Positions 57,719 through 64,000 of a stretch of DNA of 64,000 nucleotides are shown here, one piece after another. The stretch comes from an uncultured Flavobacteriales bacterium. GTDB taxonomy: Bacteria > Bacteroidota > Bacteroidia > Flavobacteriales > UBA1820. Both the position numbers and the translations under genes were made by a program. The notes beneath the pieces were generated by a model. That model was not told the origin of the DNA and did no database searches. It was given only the letters and a program-made list of their open reading frames with translations. The stretch spans positions 76,825 through 140,824 of the forward strand of contig CABQBC010000002.1 in the NCBI GenBank assembly GCA_902462305.1, in the 5' to 3' direction. Positions within the stretch are counted from its first letter, which is position 1, and each line of letters starts with the position of its first letter.

Positions 57719-59110
57719 TCATTGCTTCCCTGGATCCGTCACAACGCCGTTGACCGCAGCTGCGGCAGCCACCAGGGGCCCTGCCAGCATAGTCCGAGCA
57801 CCAGGACCCTGACGGCCCTCGAAATTGCGGTTCGACGTGGACACACAGTATTTACCGGCAGGTATCTTATCGTCGTTCATGGCAAGGCAGGCCGAACATC
57901 CCGGCTGGCGGAGTTCGAATCCAGCCTCCTCGAGAATGTCTTTTATACCTTCTTCCACAGCCTGTCTTTCCACCTGCTTGCTGCCTGGCACAATCCATGC
58001 CGTGACATCAGGGTGTTTTCGTTTTCCTTTCACATAACCGGCGAAAAGGCGCAAATCCTCCATACGGCCGTTGGTACAACTGCCCAGGAACACATAATCG
58101 ACTTTTTTGCCTTCCATCGCCTCTCCCGGTTTAAAATCCATATAATCCAATGCCTTGACAAACGACGGACGTGAATTTTCCTCTATCCGACAAAGGGAAG
58201 GTATCCGTCCGTTTACGGCCGTACCCATACCAGGATTAGTGCCGTATGTTATCATAGGGGTTATGTCCTCGGCACGGAAAGTCACTTCACGGTCGAAAAC
58301 GGCATCGGGTTCGCTTTTTAATTTTTTCCAACGTTCCACGGCAGACGTCCAGTTATTTCCTTCGGGAGCGAATTCCCGTCCCTTCAGATATTCGAAAGTC
58401 ACTTCGTCCGGAGCTATCATACCTCCGCGCGCACCCATTTCTATACTCATGTTGCACACCGTCATACGCGCCTCCATCGACAACGAGCGTATGGCGCTCC
58501 CGGCAAATTCGATAAAGTAACCCGTACCGCCGTCCGTACCCATTTTGGATATGACGTAAAGTATTATGTCCTTTGAACATACACCTTTGCTTATCCTGCC
58601 TTCGATGTTTATTCGCATAGTCTTGGGCTTCGACTGGAGTATGCATTGCGACGCCAGCGCCATTTCCACTTCGGACGTGCCTATGCCGAAAGCCACGCAA
58701 CCCATAGCTCCGTGGGTAGAAGTATGGCTGTCGCCGCATACGATCGTCATACCCGGTTGCGTAAGTCCTGTTTCAGGCCCCATGACGTGTATTATGCCGT
58801 TGCGGTGGGTTCCGACGCCGAAAATTTCTATGCCCGATTCGCCGCAGTTCTTAACGAGCGTTTCCACCTGCGTGCGCGAAAGCGGATCGGACGGCGGCAA
58901 TTCCTGGTGTTCGGTAGGTATGTTGTGGTCGGGGCTGGCAGTAACCTGCTGCGGGCGGAATACTTTGGCTCCGCGCCGGCGAAGGCCCTCAAAAGCCTGG
59001 GGGCTTGTTACTTCGTGGATGTACTGACGGTCGATGTAAAGGATGCAAGAGCCACCTTCGAGTGTTTTCACAGTATGCGCATCCCAGATTTTATCGAATA
59101 ATGTGTTCAT
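57719..59110 (-). CDS. leuC: 3-isopropylmalate dehydratase large subunit
   Basis: [12 protein letters not shown] start (preferred over 59140). Aconitase-family motifs VCGDSHT and GSCTNGR. Confidence 0.95.
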   Translation of the reverse strand: MNTLFDKIWDAHTVKTLEGGSCILYIDRQYIHEVTSPQAFEGLRRRGAKVFRPQQVTASPDHNIPTEHQELPPSDPLSRTQVETLVKNCGESGIEIFGVGTHRNGIIHVMGPETGLTQPGMTIVCGDSHTSTHGAMGCVAFGIGTSEVEMALASQCILQSKPKTMRINIEGRISKGVCSKDIILYVISKMGTDGGTGYFIEFAGSAIRSLSMEARMTVCNMSIEMGARGGMIAPDEVTFEYLKGREFAPEGNNWTSAVERWKKLKSEPDAVFDREVTFRAEDITPMITYGTNPGMGTAVNGRIPSLCRIEENSRPSFVKALDYMDFKPGEAMEGKKVDYVFLGSCTNGRMEDLRLFAGYVKGKRKHPDVTAWIVPGSKQVERQAVEEGIKDILEEAGFELRQPGCSACLAMNDDKIPAGKYCVSTSNRNFEGRQGPGARTMLAGPLVAAAAAVNGVVTDPGKQ

Positions 59111-59183
59111 TTGTATTTTTGGTTGCGGAAGCATCAGCACCGCTATTTTATCTATTTACTTTTTTAATTCTACGTTTGTTTAC

Positions 59184-59423
59184 TCCAATTTCTTTTGCTG
59201 CTCCAAAAGGCCGGGTGTCCCGGCGGAACAGAAGTAAACATATCGACGGCTATGACTGCGGAGCGTCTGTTTCCTCGTCGCAGCAGCCATGCGAGGCCGG
59301 AACATGCAACCAGATGCTTCAAGGCCGAATCAGGGCGTAGCGAGCGAGAGAAACCGTTAGCTCCGCGCACACGGCAGCTCTTTTTCTTTGCCACTTTCTT
59401 TTGGAGAAGCAAAAGAAAGTGGA
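59184..59423. repeat. GC-rich intercistronic element bracketed by 26-nt inverted hairpin modules (24/26 match)
   Basis: 59184-59209 reads tccaatttcttttgctgctccaaaag. The reverse complement of 59398-59423 reads tccactttcttttgcttctccaaaag. The right copy is part of a 12 bp self-hairpin (59391-59422). The 188-nt core contains further local stems, for example gccggg-tgt-cccggc. Confidence 0.45.
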
Positions 59424-59446
59424 AATATATCCGGATTAAAAGCACA

Positions 59447-60943
59447 TCAATTCGCAATCTTGGCTATGGCATCCAGCAACGCCTCCACGGAAGCCGTCAC
59501 GATATCCGTATTGGCCCCGAAACCATAATACATACGCCCCTTGTGCGATATCTGCACATGTACCTTGCCCAAATCGTCACTTCCTCGCGTGATGGCCTGC
59601 ACAAGGAATTCCTCGACATGTACACGGCGTTTGGTAATGCTCTTCACGGCATTGAAAGCCGCATCGACAGGGCCGTTGCCGGAAGCCGTCTCGATGAACG
59701 TATCGCCCCCGAAGCTCACCCTGACGGTAGCCGTAGGTATGGTGGACGAGCCGCACACCACCTGAAGCGTTTCGAGTTTGAGCGTGCGGTCCACTTTCGC
59801 ATTCGAACCGGCGAGGATTTCGAGGTCGCGTATCGTTATATCTTTTTTCTTATCCGCCAATTCGAGGAATTTTTGATAAATGACATCGAGCTGCTCCCCT
59901 TCCGGACTGTAACCGAGTTCCTTGAGGTGATGTTTCAGGGCTGCCCTCCCGCTTCGTGCCGTGAGGATGATACTCGACTGGTCCACCCCGACGTCCGCAG
60001 GGTCTATTATCTCGTAAGTCTCGCGGCTTTTGAGCACCCCGTCCTGATGTATGCCGGAAGAATGGGCGAAAGCATTGCGCCCGACTATGGCCTTGTTCGG
60101 CTGTACAGGCACACGCATAAGGCTCGACACGAGCTGGCTCGAAGCCATTATCTGTTTCGTGTCTATGCCGAGGTCGAAATCGAGGTTTTTATGACATGCG
60201 ATAGCCATGACCACTTCTTCGAGGGCGGTATTGCCCGCGCGTTCGCCAAGTCCGTTTATCGTCACCTCAGCCTGCCGCGCCCCGTTCATAATCGCCGCTA
60301 TGGTATTCGCGGTAGCCATACCCAGGTCATTGTGGCAATGGGTAGAAATTATTGCCTTATCGATATTCGGCACGTTATTCATAAGATAGGCTATCTTCGC
60401 GCCGTATTCGCTCGGCAGGCAGTAACCCGTAGTGTCGGGAATATTTACCACCGTAGCTCCCGCATCGATAACGGCCTCTACCACACGCGCGAGGTATTCC
60501 TCTTCGGTACGGCCGGCGTCTTCGGCGTAAAATTCCACATCGTCCACAAAAGTACGCGCATACTTAACCGCCTTTACGGCACGTTCGATTATATCCTGCG
60601 GGTTGGAGTTCAGTTTTTCGTAAATATGATACTGCGAAGTGCCTATGCCGGTGTGTATTCTCCCGCGGCGGGCGTGCTTTAAAGCTTCGGCAGCCACCTC
60701 TATGTCCTTTTCAACGGCACGCGTAAGGGCGCATATAGTGGGTCCAGTTACGGCTTTTGAAATTTCTACGACAGAATTGAAATCACCGGGGCTGGATATC
60801 GGAAAGCCCGCTTCAATGACGTCCACGCCCAGCTTTTCCAGCTGCCGTGCCACTTCTATCTTCTCGATGGTGTTAAGCTGGCAGCCGGGAACCTGTTCGG
60901 CATCCCGGAGCGTTGTGTCGAATATGTAAACTTTATCGCTCAT
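59447..60943 (-). CDS. leuA: 2-isopropylmalate synthase
   Basis: [12 protein letters not shown]-terminus, the HxH metal site (HCHNDLG) and a C-terminal LeuA dimerisation/regulatory domain. Confidence 0.95.
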   Translation of the reverse strand: MSDKVYIFDTTLRDAEQVPGCQLNTIEKIEVARQLEKLGVDVIEAGFPISSPGDFNSVVEISKAVTGPTICALTRAVEKDIEVAAEALKHARRGRIHTGIGTSQYHIYEKLNSNPQDIIERAVKAVKYARTFVDDVEFYAEDAGRTEEEYLARVVEAVIDAGATVVNIPDTTGYCLPSEYGAKIAYLMNNVPNIDKAIISTHCHNDLGMATANTIAAIMNGARQAEVTINGLGERAGNTALEEVVMAIACHKNLDFDLGIDTKQIMASSQLVSSLMRVPVQPNKAIVGRNAFAHSSGIHQDGVLKSRETYEIIDPADVGVDQSSIILTARSGRAALKHHLKELGYSPEGEQLDVIYQKFLELADKKKDITIRDLEILAGSNAKVDRTLKLETLQVVCGSSTIPTATVRVSFGGDTFIETASGNGPVDAAFNAVKSITKRRVHVEEFLVQAITRGSDDLGKVHVQISHKGRMYYGFGANTDIVTASVEALLDAIAKIAN

Positions 60944-61137
60944 GGTATTATGCGGGGCATCCCCACTGTTTTTAAATTATTATCTATTGTTTTTCCGGTT
61001 TAGCCGAGGAAAAGTCCCTCCGGCTTTTTTCCGAACTTGCGGCCGCAAATCCTGTCAGAGACATGCGGCCATGGCGGGGCAAAACCACGCCTGTCTTTTA
61101 TGTTTGTCAGTGGAAACATCCCTGACAAACGGGTTTA

Positions 61138-62184
61138 TCAGTTGTTTTCAGGACGTAGTTTGCGCACTACCGACCCTGCGCGCCACATCTCCGATTCGCG
61201 CATTTCCTCCAGCTCTTTGTTCAGTTTTTCGCGGTAATCGGGCTGGCTGTTGGAATCAATGGAGCGTTGTGCTTCGTTGCCTGCGGCCACCTCCTTGTAA
61301 AGTTCTTCAAATACGGGTTTCGTCGCATCGCGGAATTTTTTCCACCAGTCCAGAGCGCCGCGCTGTGCCGTAGTGGAGCAGTTGGCGTACATCCAGTCCA
61401 TACCGTTCTCGGCGATAAGCGGCATAAGGCTTTGTGAAAGTTCCTCGACCGTTTCGTTGAATGCCTCGGACGGAGTATGTCCGTTGGCTCGCAGCGTATC
61501 GTACTGTGCGGCGAAAATACCCTGTATAGCGCCCATCAGCGTACCGCGCTCGCCCGTCAGGTCCGAATAAACCTCTTTCTTGAACGTAGTCTCGAACAGG
61601 TAACCGGAACCCACGCCTATGCCAAGTGCGATGACGCGGTCCCTGGCGCGGCCGGTAGCATCCTGAAATATGGCGTAGCTGGAATTAAGCCCGCGTCCCT
61701 GCAGGAACATGCGGCGCAGCGACGTGCCGGAACCCTTAGGCGCGATAAGTATCACATCGACATCGGCAGGCGGAACGATACCCGTGCGCTCCTTGTACGT
61801 GATACCGAAACCGTGCGAGAAATAAAGCGCCTTGCCAGGCGTGAGGTGTTTCTTGATAGTCGGCCACATGGATATCTGGCCGGCATCGGACAAAAGGTAC
61901 TGTATGATAGTGGCTTTTGCGGCGGCCTCTTCGATATCGAAAAGCGTTTCGCCAGGAACCCAGCCGTCGGCCACTGCCTTGTCCCAGCTCTTGCTGTTCT
62001 TGCGCTGTCCTACTATCACGTTGAAGCCGTTGTCTTTAAGGTTGAGCGACTGGCCAGGGCCCTGTACGCCGTAACCTATCACGGCTATGGTTTCGTCCTT
62101 AAGTGTTTCGAGTGCTTTTGAAAGGGGGAATTCGTCGCGCGTCATAACGTTTTCGACCACTCCTCCGAAATTCATTTGTGCCAT
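61138..62184 (-). CDS. ilvC: ketol-acid reductoisomerase
   Basis: IGYGVQGPGQSLNLKDNG Rossmann region. 348 aa, class I KARI length. Confidence 0.95.
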   Translation of the reverse strand: MAQMNFGGVVENVMTRDEFPLSKALETLKDETIAVIGYGVQGPGQSLNLKDNGFNVIVGQRKNSKSWDKAVADGWVPGETLFDIEEAAAKATIIQYLLSDAGQISMWPTIKKHLTPGKALYFSHGFGITYKERTGIVPPADVDVILIAPKGSGTSLRRMFLQGRGLNSSYAIFQDATGRARDRVIALGIGVGSGYLFETTFKKEVYSDLTGERGTLMGAIQGIFAAQYDTLRANGHTPSEAFNETVEELSQSLMPLIAENGMDWMYANCSTTAQRGALDWWKKFRDATKPVFEELYKEVAAGNEAQRSIDSNSQPDYREKLNKELEEMRESEMWRAGSVVRKLRPENN

Positions 62185-62247
62185 TTTTTTGAAATTTAAT
62201 TGTGTTTATTTATACTTTTTTTCTTTTGTGTCTTTGCCTCGTATATT

Positions 62248-62760
62248 TTAAACTCCGGTTTCTTTTTTCAGAAGCTCGGTCACCGGCTCGAACCCTGATT
62301 TGGTTATCGCCACCAGGCCCGAACGAACGAACTGATACACTCCGTACGGTTTGAGCAACTCGAACAACTCCTGCGTCTCGTTCTTGTGTCCGGTCTTTTC
62401 CAGTACTATGTATCTGTCGCCAACTTCGAGTATACGCACATGGTGACGGCGCACCAGAGCTTCGACATTATTGTCACGCGGGACCTTGTACAAGGCTATT
62501 TCCTGCTGTACCACCTCATCCGGAGTATTGACCAGCGCTTTGAGTACTTCGACTTTCTTTTCGATCTGCTTGACCACCTTTTCTATCTTTTCCGGCTCGG
62601 TGCAAACGGTTATCGTAAAGCGGTGTACGCCCGCAACGGACGACTCGGACGTGGTAAGGCTCTCTATATTGATATTGCGGCAAATGAGTACTGTGGTTAT
62701 CTGGTTGAGAAGTCCCACCTTATTTTCCGAAAAAATCGTTATAACGTATTCTTTTTCCAT
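62248..62760 (-). CDS. ilvN: acetolactate synthase small (regulatory) subunit
   Basis: I prefer the start MEKEYVITIFSENKVGLLNQITTV (ACT domain) at 62760. The longer ORF-track version would overlap ilvB. Confidence 0.9.
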   Translation of the reverse strand: MEKEYVITIFSENKVGLLNQITTVLICRNINIESLTTSESSVAGVHRFTITVCTEPEKIEKVVKQIEKKVEVLKALVNTPDEVVQQEIALYKVPRDNNVEALVRRHHVRILEVGDRYIVLEKTGHKNETQELFELLKPYGVYQFVRSGLVAITKSGFEPVTELLKKETGV

Positions 62761-62792
62761 CGTTTTTCTGTTTTGGCAATTAATAAAGTCCG

Positions 62793-64000
62793 TCATTCGA
62801 GCATTATCTGTGACAACTCCGCCCCGGCGGGAACCATCGGGAACACGTTTTCCTCGTTTTCGACACGCACCTCCATAACATACGGCCCCTTGTGCATGAG
62901 CATACGGCTTACGGCATCGTCCAGTTCGCCACGCTGTTCCACCAACGAATACTCTATTCCGTTGGCTTTGGCTATAAGGCCGAAATCGGGGCTCAACATC
63001 TGCGTGAACGAGTACCGGTGATTGAAGAAAAGCTCCTGCCACTGGCGTACCATACCGAGATAACCGTTGTTAAGCAATATGACCTTTACCGCAGCCCCGG
63101 TCTGGAACACGGTGGCCAGCTCCTGTATGTTCATCTGGAAACCGCCGTCGCCCACGAAAAGGCACACTTCCCTCTCCGGAACAGCCAGTTTCGCTCCAAT
63201 GGCCGCCGGGAGGCCGAAACCCATAGTGCCCAACCCTCCGGAAGTGATTATGCTCCTGGGACGGTTGAATTTGAAATACCTTGCCGCCATCATCTGATGC
63301 TGGCCTACGTCCGTAACAAGCACCGCATCCCCGCGCGTGGCGCACGATACCCGGTCCACTACCTCGCCCATGCGTAAAGGCCCTGACGACGGCCTGGTAA
63401 CGCGGTTTATTATTTTTTCGCACTCCACATCGTAACATGCGCGGAATTCATCTATCCACGCACTGTGGTCGTTTTCATGTACCAGGGCCGTAAGCAACGG
63501 AAGGGTGCGCTTTACGTCGCCCACTACCGGCACATCGGCATATATTATCTTATTTATTTCCGAGGGGTCTATTTCGAAATGTATCACTTTGGCGTTAATA
63601 CCGAAGCGCTCCGGATTGCCCGTCACACGGTCGTCGAAACGCATGCCTATGGCTATGATAAGGTCGCAGTCCTTGTTCTTGATATTAGGGCCGTAGTTTC
63701 CGTGCATGCCGAGCATCCCCACATTTTGCGGATGGGCAGAAGGGATAGCCGAAAGCCCCAACAACGTGGACGCGGCAGGTACTCCGCTCTTGTCCAAGAA
63801 CGCCAGCAGTTCGTGTTCAGCCCCGCCAAGGATAACACCCTGCCCCACCATAACGAGAGGTTTCTTGGCGAGATTTATCAGTTTTGCCGCCTCTTCTATT
63901 TTAGAACAGTCCGGTTCGGGCGAAGGATCGTAACTGCGTATGGAACATATTTTCTCGTACGAAAACGGCGCCTTCTGCACCTGAGCGTCCTTTGTTATAT
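62793..64000 (-). CDS. ilvB: acetolactate synthase large (catalytic) subunit, 3' portion (5' end beyond the window)
   Basis: Middle and TPP-binding domains: GGLGTMGFGLPAAIGAK and GDGGFQMNIQELAT. The frame stays open to the window edge. Confidence 0.9.
   Translation of the reverse strand, partial: ITKDAQVQKAPFSYEKICSIRSYDPSPEPDCSKIEEAAKLINLAKKPLVMVGQGVILGGAEHELLAFLDKSGVPAASTLLGLSAIPSAHPQNVGMLGMHGNYGPNIKNKDCDLIIAIGMRFDDRVTGNPERFGINAKVIHFEIDPSEINKIIYADVPVVGDVKRTLPLLTALVHENDHSAWIDEFRACYDVECEKIINRVTRPSSGPLRMGEVVDRVSCATRGDAVLVTDVGQHQMMAARYFKFNRPRSIITSGGLGTMGFGLPAAIGAKLAVPEREVCLFVGDGGFQMNIQELATVFQTGAAVKVILLNNGYLGMVRQWQELFFNHRYSFTQMLSPDFGLIAKANGIEYSLVEQRGELDDAVSRMLMHKGPYVMEVRVENEENVFPMVPAGAELSQIMLE

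Noticed and set aside
62761-63042. N-terminal extension of the ilvN ORF (264 aa version) overlapping the end of ilvB. Similar upstream extensions exist for ybaK (to 54457), the FtsX permease (to 49794), radC (from 46549), mnmD (from 45464) and the GT at 28408.
   Set aside because: The extensions are Arg/Gly-rich or otherwise non-protein-like. They overlap the neighbouring genes. Internal Met codons give products starting exactly at the conserved family N-termini.
1-64000. Scan for tRNA, rRNA, CRISPR repeats, transposase or integrase genes, toxin-antitoxin pairs and known defence-system signatures.
   Set aside because: No spaced direct-repeat arrays, no cloverleaf-like or rRNA-like segments and no recombinase, reverse-transcriptase or nuclease-type ORFs were recognisable by eye. 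Absence cannot be proven without tRNAscan, Infernal or HMM searches.

Overview
The window looks like a Bacteroidales-type chromosomal segment. Supporting signs are TAnnTTTG-like -7 boxes, few Shine-Dalgarno sequences, many SPII lipoproteins, an HU/SPOR fusion protein and a Porin_10-like outer membrane protein. I support about 60 genes.

Housekeeping blocks:
- 0.1-10.6 kb: pheT, an HU-SPOR protein, dprA, a large lipoprotein, DoxX, rnhB and a TlpA-like thioredoxin.
- 10.9-14.3 kb: nrdD-nrdG behind a clear cobalamin riboswitch.
- 38.8-54.4 kb: hppA, dps, a serine hydrolase, a porin-like OMP, mnmD, radC, trmB, an FtsX-type permease, an S9 peptidase, 5-FTHF cyclo-ligase, GDPD and ybaK.
- 54.5-64 kb: a fused branched-chain amino acid cluster, ilvB(partial)-ilvN-ilvC-leuA-leuC-leuD-leuB-ilvA, all on the minus strand.

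The accessory part is a roughly 23 kb, tightly coupled minus-strand Wzx/Wzy-type glycan locus (15.5-38.3 kb).
- Its sugar-nucleotide logic resembles enterobacterial common antigen: wecB, wecC, a WecG/TagA transferase, rfbABCD and a DegT aminotransferase.
- It carries an ACP/KASIII/SDR/AAC(3)-like acylation module.
- It carries a FemAB-like/DUF3473/aminotransferase triad.
- It has an unusual density of acyl-adding and acyl-removing enzymes.
- It lacks a recognisable UpxY/UpxZ pair, an initiating phosphoglycosyltransferase and export or chain-length genes.

Observations worth a second look:
- Two long G/C homopolymer tracts sit at functionally sensitive positions at the two ends of the glycan locus. 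One splits a lipoprotein esterase gene; a single extra base would restore the frame.
- A second frameshifted deacetylase-like gene has a displaced C-terminus that still keeps an ATGA overlap with the next gene.
- A roughly 240 bp GC-rich element bracketed by inverted hairpin modules lies inside the leuA-leuC spacer.
- Several very long perfect hairpins lie between genes.

I recognised no rRNA, tRNA, CRISPR array, transposase, integrase or obvious defence system. All calls come from reading the ORF translations and the DNA by eye; no searches were run.
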